A stretch of 64,000 nt of DNA from Nemertoderma westbladi (GCA_032718475.1 JAUCBJ010007936.1:62001-126000), one strand, 5' to 3'. Positions 25,426 through 37,403 are shown, numbered from the stretch's first letter. The notes: generated from the sequence alone by a model not told the origin. Numbers and translations are program-made.

Positions 25426-28400
25426 TTACAGGTTTGGCCAACTGGGCGTGTTGGGGTTATATTTATTTGTGTTATTTTGTCCCTGTCCATGCCATGGTGT
25501 GGCCCTACCCCCGGCTATCTGTGGACTGGCAGTCCCCTGCGTCGTTGCGTATAGTAGCGATTGTCTCAGCTTTGGTAATGCATTTGCCGCACTATGTTCT
25601 GGTTTCGGCCTGTTATATTCAGTCTTTGGCGCCCTCGCCAGACTATCCTCGCTGTAGACTGGGTCCGTGATCAGCTCTGCTTCATAATTGAGGAAGTTCG
25701 ACATTTCCTCTAGGCCCGGTTCCGCACCTTTCTTCTCCCGGGTGGAGAAGGCGATCTTCCACCCTTTGTTCCTTAGCCAGATTGGCAGTGCCTGCGCTAT
25801 CATGGTGATGTTATTCGACGCGTTGAGTTCATATGGCACATCCAATGTCTTTAGCACGATCAGCGCCTTCTTGACCTTATTTGCGAAAGTCTTTATACTA
25901 ACAGGGTTATCCTGTAGGCCACCTGATGTTATTCCCCTCAAGGTCTGCCGGATGATCTTGGCAGGGTGTCTGTATTCCCTGTCTAGGGCCCGCCATGCAG
26001 TCGTGAATCCGCCCTCGATACCTTGATACTGCCTTACGATATCGTATGCTGGGCCCCCTATGTAGACTTGTAAATATTTTAGGCACTCCGCCTGCGTCAG
26101 ATGTGTACTTAATATTTCATTACTGTACATGCATTGGAATTGCATGTATTCTTCCGGTCTGCTTCCATCGAATTTAAACGGCTCTACTGGTGGCAGCTCG
26201 ATCCTGGTCTTAAGTGCATCAATGAGTGTTGCCATTCCCATCGCGTGTGCTTCAAATGGGTTCGATGGATGGTGTACAGACTCTCCTGTTGTTGGGTGCG
26301 GGCCGCCCGTCAGGCTTGTCGACCTTTTCTGTGTCGGATATATCATTGGGGGTAACGGTCCCCTCCATATCTCCGTATCGCACGATCTACTCTGGTCCAA
26401 GGGGTTCGGGGTTGGGGTTTTTATTCTCGGCTGAGTGTATTGCTGATATTGTAATGGGGGAATGTCACCCTGCCCCCCCCCCCCCCCTCCCCACCAGTGT
26501 TATGTTTGATACTGGGGTTGATGTTAATATATTGGGGCCCACACACCTAACGGCGATAATTCCCCCCTCCCCTGGGTATATGATATATCCCTGCATATTA
26601 TAGTCATACTGGTGTGCAGGTACCGGTACAGGCCTATCCACTTCTTGCCTACCTACTGGTATGTACGCCGCGACTTCCAGATCTAATCCCGTTGTTCGCG
26701 CTACCCTATCGCCTACACTATCTCTTCCAGCATGCCCTATAGTATGTGCAGTAAGGCCTACAGTATGTCCTGCAGTCTGCCTGTGTCCTTCCGGACCGAA
26801 GTTTAATCTTCTCGAATATTCCAAGAATTCCTCCCCTCGACAACCGTACTCTTGATTGGCAACTATATCCCGTCGGGAAGTTTCTCTTCGATCCTCTCTC
26901 CTGTCCTCGTCCCCGTACCGGTACATCCTGTACCCTTCTCCCGGTGTATGGTATATCTCATCAGGCTGCGTCTCTCCGGGGCGATGGCAATCTCCCAGAG
27001 TTCGACCCCACTGACTCTCTAACTCATCTCTGCTACCGACGGTTCGCTGTCCGTCCTCGCTCTCCGGTTGCTCGCAGCAACGCTTCTTCTATTCTCTTCA
27101 CTTCTTCTCTCTTCAGTATAGCGATCCCTCTCATGAGATCTCTCTTCGACCTCCCGGTTAAACTCCACTGTCCTTCTTCCGTCTTCCGACTGGGCTCGAC
27201 GTCTTGTCGCTCGCCCGCTCACGACGCCAACCTCCCTCTCTCTACCCAGTTGGACGCTCCTGGGGATATTCACAATCTCCCTACTATTATCCGTTGTCGG
27301 GTGCCGTGGTTCACCTAACTCGCCCCGCGCACTATCTGCCGACACCTGTGGGGCATTCTCTGCCCCCTCCCCCTCTCGCCACTAATCTCTCATGGTGGGG
27401 TGCCCATAGCCCCCCCCCCCCCCCCCCATTCGCCACTTCTTACTTCACTACCTCCGCTTCTACACCCCTCTCTAGTCGATGCACTATCTCTACTCCGGCT
27501 GGGTCTGCTCACCCCCGCCTCTCCCTGTGCGACTGCGTGGCCTTGCAGGCTCCCGTCGGGTTGACTCACCCCCACTGCTCCCTGCCTAACTACGTGGCCT
27601 TGCAGGCTCTCCCTGGTCGGATCACCTGTGTCCCCTACATTCATATTAATAGCACCGTTATCAATAATATTGTTATCTAAATTATTTAAATTATTTTGTT
27701 CAGAGTTATGGCTATTATTTGGAATATTTTGTATATTTAAATTAGAATTATTTGGATTATTTTGTTCGTTTAAATTAATATTATTTGGATTATTTTGTAC
27801 GTTTAAATTGGTATTATTTGGATTATTTTATACGTTTAAATTGGTATTATTTGGATTATTTTGCACATTTGAATCAAAATTATTATTACCGGGTAAAATA
27901 TTATTTCCTGCAACAAGGGTTTGATTAGGGTTGTCTACTACGGTACTATTAATATTAATTCCTTCTAACGTATTATTATTACCCCCCCCCCCCCCCCCCG
28001 CCCGTACAGTTACACCAGTCCTGGGTCTGTCGTCCGGTCCCTGTAAGTGGGGTATTAACAAACGTTTCCATTACTTCTGGCTCCTCATAAATACTACCCG
28101 AACCAGCCTCACTCTCCGATAATCCTAACTTAGCCAGTTCTAACCGGTGCTTTTGTTTCGCCTGGTATTGCATAAGCCCCCTCAACCGGGTATGCATATC
28201 ATCCCGCATACGCTTTCCCGCTCTCTCTCTCTCTCTATCCTCTCGCAAACTTTGGTTCGCTAATTCTGCCTCCCTCGCCTCCCATTCTCTACGCTCGTTC
28301 TCTATTCTCATCTCCCGCTCTTTACTCTCCTTCTCTACTCTCGCCTCTCGCTCTTCATGCTTGTTCATCTCTCTCTCTTCCCACTCTCTACAGTTTCTCA

Positions 28401-29327
28401 CCACCCTCTCGGCCCTCTCTTTACACTCTCTCGCTAACTCTCTCTTTCTCTAATAATGCACTTCCCTCGTCCAGTTGCCTCTCCAACTCCTGCTGATCCA
28501 GCGCCACATGGTCTAGTTGACACGCCAGATCGATCTCTAACACCCTTCTTGCTTTTGCGGAGGATGTAGCAGACTTATCGGTCGTGATGGACTCCCGTCG
28601 CCTCTCTGTCCTACTAACTTTCCCCCGCTTTCTGGGGTTCTCGCTAACCTGTGTGTGACACCGAATCCTCGGGCTTAACCTCGGGTTCGCCGTCGTGCGG
28701 GTCCGCACTAACTTAATTCCACTAGCATCCACTAATTAAGGCCCTACGTACACTACTTCAGGCTGCATTACCCCGGATCGCCACAATTCAAATAGTTCCG
28801 TGGCGACCCCCCTCACTCTCTCACTCGCCAGTTCACCCTGTCCAAAACGGACTAAATAGTGAAAGTGTTTATTCGACTCACCTAGCCTCTCTCTGATGTA
28901 GTTTAGGCTGGTCTACCTTTCTCCCTTCCTTGGCCTCCTTAAGCAGTTTCTTGGTGGCGTTGTAGGCCCGTCGTAGCTGATCACTCAGCCCGACGTCCTC
29001 TTCACCGACTCTGCCTCCTCTCCTCATCCGGCGTCGTACTGGCGGCCCCACCGTCGCCGTTCCGGTGGGCCGTACGTCGCTCTCGGCCTGTGGCTGGCCG
29101 GCAACTTTGGTACTCAAACCGCCGTCGTGCGTCAACTCGTCTCTCCCTCGTGGTTGACGACCGCCCTCCGCTTGGGCTACCGGATCGTCCCTCTTCGGCG
29201 AATCTGGCGTCGCTGGCCGATACCGTCGCGTCGCGGCCTCACGGATCGTTTGGTTGGTGTCGTCTGGGGTCCGCGGCGTCGTTCTCTCTCCCTCTGGATC
29301 TCGGGGCATTCCTCCTTCACTCATCAT
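25426..29327 (-). pseudogene. BEL/Pao gag, disrupted (long N-terminal coiled-coil/low-complexity part plus DUF1759-like core at 25426-26400)
   Basis: IELPPVEPFKFDGSRPEEYMQF...LKYLQVYIGGPA...AWRALDREY...ITDPVYS. Upstream ORF pieces are broken by stops and poly-C tracts. Confidence 0.8.
27640..27980. repeat. AT-rich 33-bp coding minisatellite (Asn-rich 11-aa repeats) within gag
   Basis: ttatttggattattttgtacgtttaaattggta at 27748, 27781, 27814 and 27847. Confidence 0.85.
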
Positions 29328-29382
29328 CCTTTCGCCGTCTTTTGGCAGTCACAGTTTTAGTTGGCAGGTGGCAGTTAATGAC

Positions 29383-30418
29383 TGTGACGGGATCAGAGAT
29401 CCCTCCCGACTGGGTTAGAAATGTACGCATCACCGTTCTGCTGGGGGATCGTGCTAGTAGCTTTGGCCGAGGCCGTTGGGGAAAAACAGTAAGAGTTTCT
29501 GTTGTCTCTCGATATTAATTAATATGGATGATAATAGCACGCCAGTAGATAATAAGCAGAAAATACAAGTTAATTGTTACCGGTATGGCAGTGGAGGTGA
29601 TTAACCCTTTGAGCCCTAAGGACGTATATATACATCCTCAACAGTGTCCTAAGGGCGTATATATACGTCCTGGTGTTAATTGCTGCCAATGGGGATGATT
29701 CGAGTTTAGGTTATTCTAGCAGTGTTTATCCATCGCTTAGGACACTATACTACCCGTTTTAGTTAAAAAAAAAGTGATCTGGAGTTTGAGTTAGAGGTTG
29801 GAATTCAACCAATCAGTGATGAGCTCCTTTTCAGAGAAAGCAGGCTGCATATTGAAAGCAGATTGATTGTACCTTGTACAGTAGGATATGGCAGAGGTTT
29901 GAATGAGTAGCCCTTGAGAATTCCAACCAATCAGATTTTATTTCCCTGTCAAGCTTTCCACTGTAATAATCTACTTTGTAAATAAATAAATACATGACTG
30001 AAAAGTGAAAAGTGAAAACCTGGTATTCTTCATATTGGTGAATTACGTAATTGTATTTCGTAAATAGAATAATGGGTATGATGATTGTTCCTGTACTAGC
30101 ATCCTGGTGGAATATTGTGGCAATTCTGCAATAATGAAGCTATATTGCATTTTAGTATTACAATAATTATTAATTTATATTTATCATTCATTCACAGTTT
30201 ATATCCAGGGCTCTATCTGCCTTGATAAATACTTTGCAGATTATCATAAATAAGTCATATAGAATATACCATTTAATTATTTAATTATTAATTACGATTA
30301 TACTATTTAAAAAAGGGCCTAGAAACCAAAGGGTTAACTATAACCGGTCTGCAATGACTGAACTGAATAGCACAACTGACCGGTAAACCAGTAATTTAAG
30401 ATAATATATGATTAACAC
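29383..30418 (-). repeat. Truncated 5' LTR remnant interrupted by a MITE
   Basis: Matches 8526-8820 once 29605-30337 is removed. Confidence 0.75.
29605..30333. mobile_element. 729-bp piggyBac-type MITE
   Basis: TTAA|ccctttg...caaaggg|TTAA. The empty site with a single TTAA is visible at 8740-8743. Confidence 0.93.
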
Positions 30419-30772
30419 AATAATTTTTATTGTCCGTTTAAATCCTTTTTTTGTCCTTTTTTTTTTTTATTTTTTTATGTCCTCCAAAAATCTAATGTTA
30501 GGTTCCATGCTACCGGTTTCTCTACTGCTGTTCTCTCAGGCTATCAGTACCGGTATTAGTATATATAGCACTATTTTGCTGTATTGTATGTACAGATGTA
30601 GGTATAAAGCAGGCATTTCTGTATTTTAGTACCGGTACCGCCACCGGTACTGCTGTAGGCCTACTGTTTAGCCTACCATTTAAATACGGTACTGGTAGGC
30701 CTACCGGCTGACCGGTTGTTTTGGTTAGAAAATCCCGCCTCTGTAAACTGTTCCTTTCCCTGATTTGGTAAA

Positions 30773-33577
30773 GTGGAGTGGTTCCCTACTGGAGAAAGAG
30801 CAGCCAACAATTCTTTGAGTCCCTTTCCTGATGACCTTTCTGGCCCAAACCCTGGGTCACCAGGAAGGCCAGATTGTGATGGGGAGAGGGATTCTGGAGT
30901 TGGAGGCTACTCTCATGTTCCACCCCGACCAACAAAGCCATTGGTGAATCTGAGGCAAGTCCCTAGACTAGCCTCAGTAAACACCCTAACACTCGGGTCC
31001 CCAATGCGACAAGGTGAGCTGACTGCCTTGGCAGATAAGCTTTCTCTTAGTGCAGTGGGTGTTCAAGAGCACCGAATGCAGACTGGACAGAATGATGAGG
31101 TTCTGATTAAGGGCATGGGGGGCGGTTGGCAACTCGCCCTCGCTTCAGCAGATGATAGTGGCAATGGTGGAATTGGTCTATTGATGAATCCAACTGCACA
31201 TGCAGCATTGGACAAAATAGACCAAATCTATAACCGCATCATCCGTTGCCACTTCTCATGTTCTGGAAGACTGGCTAAGAAGTTTCCTAAGGTGGTTCTG
31301 ATTGTGTGCTACTCTCCAACTAGTGTTGCCCCTGTAGAGGAGGTGGAAAATTTCTACCAGAATCTACAAGCAGCTACTGATGGAGTGGATCAGCATGCAT
31401 TCTTAACATTCCTGGGAGACTTTAATGCAAGTCTGCATCAATCACCTACATCGCCCTGGGACTATAGCAATAGTGTTAACCGAAATTCCGTCCATCTTCA
31501 GGATTTTATCTCTGGAAATGGATTGTTTTCGGCTAGAACCCAGTTCAAGAAGCGAACTGGAAAGCTATGGACTCATAGTGGACCCAGTGGTCACAAGTCC
31601 CAGATAGACCATATCCTGTTTCGTAGGAAATACAGGAGGTCTATACAAGACTGTAATGCATTTACACTACGACCCTTCTCCAGTGATCACCGCCTTATTG
31701 TGGCCAAGGTAAGACTTAGTCTGCGTGCTAGCAGAACAACGAAATCTGCCTTGCCGCGGCATGACTGGTCCTCTCTGTTGCAACAGCCAAGTGTGGGATC
31801 CAGCTACACACTACAGCTGAGCAACAGGTATGAGGTTCTTGCCTCTGAGGCGGCAGATCACTGTGAGGGCTATACTGCCTTCACAGAGGCAGTTAAGTTA
31901 GCAGCTGCAGAAACAGTTCCTGTATACCCTCGAAACAGGAAACAGGTCCCCTGGACTGACAACAAAATTCAGAAGTGCCGAAATGACCTCTACAAGGCGC
32001 AGAAAGAGTCCCGACTCAAACAGACTACATCGGCCAAGAATGCAGTTAAGGCTGCATCTAGGTCCCTGAACAGGCAGTACTCTCTTAATTTACAGGAGCT
32101 AATAAACCAACAGGTTGATGCCATCAATGATGCTGACGACAGCAGTCAATCATCCCAGGCATGGAGATCGATCAACTTGCTTACTGGTCGAAAAAGCCAA
32201 CCAACCACCAAGGTTAAGGCTGAATCACCAGCCGATCGCCTCAATGGTTGGAAGGCCCACTTTGAAAAGCTCCTCAATAATGACAGGGTATTGTCTGATA
32301 ACTTTATAGAAGAAAAAGTGTGTGAGTCTGTACTCCCAGATATTCCAATTGGTGATATCTCCTTTGCAGAAGTGAAGGCTGCTGCAAGGAGCATTAAGAC
32401 CAATCGTGGCAGTGGAGTAGATGGTGTTCCCCCTGAGGTCTTTAAAATACCTGAATGTTTAAAGCTCATCTATCCCATCATAGTAGACATGTACCGAACA
32501 TCAAGAGTCCCACAAGAAATGAAAACAAATAAGTTGGTGCCAGTTCCCAAGAACCTAACACTCTATGGTTCTTTTCGGGGAATCTTATTGATCTCGATTG
32601 CTGCAAAGCTATACAATAGAATTCTATTAAATCGCATCAGGGATCCCATTGAGAGACTGCTCCGTGGAAATCAGAATGGGTTCCGTAAAGGTCGTGGGAC
32701 CATGGAGCCCATTTTGGCACTTAGAAGGATAATTGAAGAGTTATCAAAAAAGAAAGACAGGCATCTGGCTGTTATCTTTGTTGATTTCTTCAAGGCCTTT
32801 GATTCAGTCTCTCGCTCACGTATGTTCAGCATACTTTCATTATATGGGATTCCTGATGAAATTATTGCAGCAATCAGATCAGTATACGATGGTTCGACAA
32901 CATTTGTGTCTACTGTTGATGGTGACACAGAACCATTTGAAGTGTTATGGGGCGTCCTCCAAGGAGACACACTTGCACCATTCTTGTTCATTATTGTGGT
33001 TGACTATGTTCTACCCATGTCCTTAGATCATTATAATGATGATGGGGTGATGATAACTCCACCTACTGGCTCCAGAAGTCGAGGAAATCCTGCCAAGTAC
33101 CTAACTGATCTAGACTTTGCTGATGACTTAGGAGTACTCTCAGAATCATTAGAGGGAGCCCAATGGCTCCTCAGCTCATTAGAACATGCTGCTTCTAGTG
33201 TTGGTCTTTTTATTAACTCCAGAAAGACCAAAATTCTGACAGTTAACTTTGAAAGTCCTCAGCAAGTCTCTGATCGGATGAGCATAAGCTCAAAGGATGG
33301 TATGCTTGAGCATGTGGACGACTTCTGTTACCTGGGATCATGGATCCGGAAGTCAGGTGAGGACCTTCGAATACGTAAGGGAAAGGCATGGGCAGCCTTA
33401 AATAGGCTTTCCAGGATTTGGAAGTCGCCGAGAATTAATCGGAAACTTAAGGTCCGATTATTTAGAGCGGCAGTAGTTCCAGTACTCCTCTATGGGAGTC
33501 CATGCTGGGCTCTAACTGCTGAAGACACCAAATCTCTGGATGGCACATTCACAAGAATGCTACGCCGGGTTCACTAA
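30773..33577 (+). CDS. RTE-clade LINE ORF (APE endonuclease plus reverse transcriptase), 3'-truncated
   Basis: VGVQEHR, LGDFNA, QIDHIL, SDHRL, QNGFRKGR, FVDFFKAFDSV, QGDTLAPFLF, DLDFADDL and YLGS in one 934-aa frame. Confidence 0.93.
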   Translation: MEWFPTGERAANNSLSPFPDDLSGPNPGSPGRPDCDGERDSGVGGYSHVPPRPTKPLVNLRQVPRLASVNTLTLGSPMRQGELTALADKLSLSAVGVQEHRMQTGQNDEVLIKGMGGGWQLALASADDSGNGGIGLLMNPTAHAALDKIDQIYNRIIRCHFSCSGRLAKKFPKVVLIVCYSPTSVAPVEEVENFYQNLQAATDGVDQHAFLTFLGDFNASLHQSPTSPWDYSNSVNRNSVHLQDFISGNGLFSARTQFKKRTGKLWTHSGPSGHKSQIDHILFRRKYRRSIQDCNAFTLRPFSSDHRLIVAKVRLSLRASRTTKSALPRHDWSSLLQQPSVGSSYTLQLSNRYEVLASEAADHCEGYTAFTEAVKLAAAETVPVYPRNRKQVPWTDNKIQKCRNDLYKAQKESRLKQTTSAKNAVKAASRSLNRQYSLNLQELINQQVDAINDADDSSQSSQAWRSINLLTGRKSQPTTKVKAESPADRLNGWKAHFEKLLNNDRVLSDNFIEEKVCESVLPDIPIGDISFAEVKAAARSIKTNRGSGVDGVPPEVFKIPECLKLIYPIIVDMYRTSRVPQEMKTNKLVPVPKNLTLYGSFRGILLISIAAKLYNRILLNRIRDPIERLLRGNQNGFRKGRGTMEPILALRRIIEELSKKKDRHLAVIFVDFFKAFDSVSRSRMFSILSLYGIPDEIIAAIRSVYDGSTTFVSTVDGDTEPFEVLWGVLQGDTLAPFLFIIVVDYVLPMSLDHYNDDGVMITPPTGSRSRGNPAKYLTDLDFADDLGVLSESLEGAQWLLSSLEHAASSVGLFINSRKTKILTVNFESPQQVSDRMSISSKDGMLEHVDDFCYLGSWIRKSGEDLRIRKGKAWAALNRLSRIWKSPRINRKLKVRLFRAAVVPVLLYGSPCWALTAEDTKSLDGTFTRMLRRVH

Positions 33578-33924
33578 CAGTCATTTAGCTTGTACGCCAA
33601 TTAATTAACATAGCAAGGATGCATTGGGAAGAGTTATTCAGCTGAGACTGTAATAGCCAGCTAAACCAGTTAATGTTTTGTTTGATTACTGTCTGGGTTG
33701 TAGAGTAGAGTGATAATAAAACTTGGCAGAGAAAGTACTTCTTTGTTAGTTAGTTGCCCTTCCTATTGAATGCATTACCAGGCCATCTCTATACATTTTT
33801 CATGAGTGCCAGCTGGTGTTTTATCATTGCGCCTATTGCAATTTTCGTGTTTTGGGGCTATTTTTCGAAAGAAAACAAGTTGAGATGTTTCAATTTAAAC
33901 CGCGATTTCACAATAATGCTGAAT

Positions 33925-34160
33925 CAACATACAGCAATCGAGATCAATGAGATTCCCCGAAAAGAACCATAGAGTGTTAGGTTGCCCTTCTTGGGAACTG
34001 GCACCAACTTATTTGTTTTCATTTCTTGTGGGACTCTTGTTGTTCGGTACATGTCTACTATGATGGGATAGATGAGCTTTAAACACTGGTATTTTAAAGA
34101 CCTCGGGGGGAACACCATCTACTCCACTGGCACGTTTGGTCTTAATGCTCTTTGCAGCAG
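33925..34160 (-). pseudogene. Inverted short fragment of the same RTE family
   Basis: Reverse complement of ~32380-32600. Retains PKKGNL, whereas the long copy reads PKNL. Confidence 0.88.
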
Positions 34161-37059
34161 CATAATGAGGATATTGTTTCCAGCTGAGTTCAAGTCTAAA
34201 AACGACATTGCTCATATCTTACTAAGATTCATAAACTACGGGCTCAGACTCACTCATTGTGACCCCCCAGTGAATAATTTAGTCCACTTTAAGTCCTTGT
34301 CTGTGAAATAGCAGTTAAAACAGGGTTTTGTGGTATACAACATTATGCGTGACTGCATTGGCTGTGTCTTTCAACGCACAATGAAGGTGGTCAGGATGGC
34401 CAACTAGGGAGGGAAGATGCGACGTAGACGTGGCCATGCGAAAAACATGGCTCATATAACCATACGCCTACCTTCTTCAGAGTCTGACCCTGACTTTTAT
34501 TAATGGTGATGGTGAAGGTAGGTCATACGGGAAACTGTCTCCACGTCCATTTCAGAGGAAAATCTCCCTCGTTGGTTGTTAGTTGGATGCGGGGGATTAG
34601 GACAGCTTTGTCCCACCGCATTTCCTGCAAAATATAAAAAAATTTTATTACACAACTTTGTACTATAGTAAGAGTACTGCATATATTTTAGATACACAAT
34701 GTTTTACCAGATTATTTAAAACTGAGTATACTGATAGTAAATTAATAGTACTAATAGTAAATATACTATTAGTATACTGATAGAAATAAGAGTTACATTA
34801 CTTGGTATTTATAAATCATTAAAAATAAAGAAATAATTATATCCGCTTCTGGTGACATGTTTCGCATACGATTACAATTCAGTCATTTACATTAGTAGGC
34901 CCTACAATTATCATACTAACCGTTTGCAATCGTGCAATCGTGGTCGGAAATCTTATCCAGGATTAGTCTGGTCCCTTTGCGAAGGCCTTGCTTTGGATTT
35001 AGATTCCTGAGTAGGAGAACTATTCCCTCCTAAATGGGAGAAAATAAAATACGATTGAAATAATCAAATAAATTTATGGTGTTACCATAAATTTGCATTT
35101 TCATATTAAAGAAATTGTGAAGAAGAGGAAACATAATTCTGTCATTGGGCCATTTTTTGTACAACCAGTTTCAATAACAGCGAGATGCAACCATGCCATG
35201 TTCACATAGTAGTAGCAGTGGACGTTTTGGTTCCAAAATGAACGAGGTTTTTCTAACCAAGCAACATCTGGATAGCATTCTTCTTATACCAGAGATACAA
35301 AGCTGTATAGGCGAGATGAGGGGTCAGATTGTAGGTACTGTGGAGAGGATGGATTGAAAATAATTCTCATTATGCTGGGCTATTCAGCGCAGTCCTCAAA
35401 TTTGTATAATATAAAAATAAAAATAAAATCAGAAATATTTTAATATTTTACTATTTTAAAATTTATTTATCATAATTAAGTTTAGCTATCTTCCAGTTTT
35501 CCATTGGTAACACATTTATTTACCGTAGGCCTATAGGGTTCCTGTGTTCTGTGGTCTGACGTCTGTTTGGGCTAGGTGGTAACAGAGTTGATGGTGCGAT
35601 TAATTTAGGTCATTGGTGCAATATAGATAGGATTGGCTAATTCCCTGTCCTGCTGACAATTGTGTCAAGTATTAGCGTGCCCTGGTCCGAGACACTGAAA
35701 CGCAACCATATTTTTCACAAATTTAATTATTTTTTGTCCTAGTCTTACCCTTTTCCTGGCGACAAAATGTCATATATTTTTTTATAGAATATAGGCTTAG
35801 CTATCGTGCAGTTTATTACTGGTATCTAAAGTGTATGGCGGTTAGGATTAGGGTTAGGGTTGTGATACATGCCTGTATGTTAACCATATATTTGATTTTG
35901 TTTTTGTTTGTATTTGTTTGTTTTGTTTGTATTCTTTGAAGATAAGAAGATCTATTCTGAGAAGTAATTTAGGCTAAATGTCCTGATTCTCTATTCTTTT
36001 GTAGTTTATGGGGTGTAAGACCCTTGTGTTTGTTTACCTTTAAGTTAATAGGATTTAGGATTAAAATTCTCTCATGACAAACAGCATCAAGTAGGCATGA
36101 CAGCAATTGTAATTTAAATATAATTATATTTTATATGTAAATATTAGTATCTCACTTTCTCACAGGCAGCCAATTTTACATACTTAGAAAATCAATCGCA
36201 GCACTCGTAAGACCCCCCCCCCCCCCCATTCCATGTGCTCCACCTCTCTAGGGGGACAGTAGTTCACTAGCTCAGCTATCATACTGTCCTCCTGCCATAT
36301 AACAATATTCGTAAATTTAAACCCTGAGAAAATAATCAAACATACTGTATAGATATTCATTGATACTGGCCATAATACAAATATTCTATGCTGCTATTAT
36401 TATTTTTTCTTCTACATTCAGTAATTGCATTTGTGTTTACTTTATTGTCCATTTTCTTTTTTTGATAGAGGGTTATGGCCCCCAGCGCCAGTATATACAT
36501 AACACCTCCTCTTAGTCAGGATGTCATTACATTCAATTAACAATGTCGCTCGCAAATTTATGGGAAAAAGTAAATTATGTAAGCTGTGCAGAACATGACA
36601 ACAATAGTTTTGGTGTTCAGGATGAGATAATTTATTGGGTTGGTGATATATTTTGATCTTCTTGTTAACAAAGATATTATTTATAATAAAGTCAGTTATT
36701 GAATCTGGAGCTTCCTTTGGTGGAAATTAGATCTGTTACTTAAGTTTACAGTTTAACGTTACATTAGATTTAATTATAATATATAGTTAGTTTATGTAAA
36801 ACTGGAAATAAGTTTTAATTAATCCATATATTTACTAGTTAGTTTGCATTAAACTGTAAACTTATTTTAATTAAACCATATATTAACAGCCTGGGCCCGC
36901 TATGCAATGTCAATGATTAATTAATTAGTCTAATTAGTCCGCCTCCTCCTGTGAGCTCTCCCTCCAAACCATTGTAGTAATTGACTGAGTGTCCTGCACA
37001 CGATTGCTTGTCCCTTTTTACTTAATTTTAAATTCATTTTATATAACTAACTGATTTAG

Positions 37060-37403
37060 CCTACTAATGGCAGCCCTAAACATCAGCTTGAGACAACACA
37101 TGACAAACGCCGAGCTTTTATGGTACAATACTACCTGTATCAACCACTCTCCATGAACACAGATTAAGATTCAGTGCACTACTGCTGGCGAAGTAAAGAC
37201 AAGGTCATACCAGATCTACTTTTCTGGCAACCAACACATGGAAAGCGCAGTCGTGGACGACCAGCCATAACATATATAGATCAACTTGAAAGGGATACTG
37301 AACTTGGGAGAAACGAAATTGCGACAACTATGGAGAATCAGGAAGCCTGGAAGGATCTCATTTCCCCTGTCCGAGTTCGCTCGACTAGTAGTAGTAGTAA
37401 CTG
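37060..37403 (+). mobile_element. 5'-truncated RTE-like LINE 3' end with (TAG)n tail
   Basis: AALNISLRQHMTNAEL, HYCWRSKD...LLFWQPTHGKRSRGRPAITYIDQL, then tagtagtagtag. Confidence 0.85.

Larger units (their letters stand above)
20784..25509. repeat. 284-bp direct repeat pair (20784-21067 and 25226-25509) bracketing the 4.2-kb second-gag fragment
   Basis: gtagcgacactg...ggccctacc is present twice and nearly identical. Confidence 0.93.
8526..30418 (-). mobile_element. BEL/Pao-like LTR retroelement derivative (gag-protease plus accessory exonuclease ORF, no pol core) with nested insertions
   Basis: Direct repeat at 8526-8820 and 29383-30418 ending ...GTCACA on the minus strand. DUF1759-like gag, Zn knuckles, DSGA protease, GWTLTGP motif, and PPT followed by TG at 13030-13041. 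No TSD identified. Confidence 0.75.

Noticed and set aside
26470-28000. Programmed frameshifts at poly-C/G tracts in gag
   Set aside because: Long homopolymers occur throughout the window and are prone to slippage and sequencing error.
30700-30800. HDV-like ribozyme at the RTE 5' end
   Set aside because: Known in some RTEs, but I could not build the nested pseudoknot by eye.
34320-35400. Host gene exons
   Set aside because: There is a possible splice acceptor near 34627 but no recognisable protein or consistent exon chain.
35840-35862. Telomeric repeat
   Set aside because: Only about two TTAGGG units, too short to be meaningful.
33577-37403. One RTE split by a 3.5-kb insertion
   Set aside because: The two parts overlap in homologous position with different sequence (MLRRV versus LLMAAL), so they are probably separate copies.
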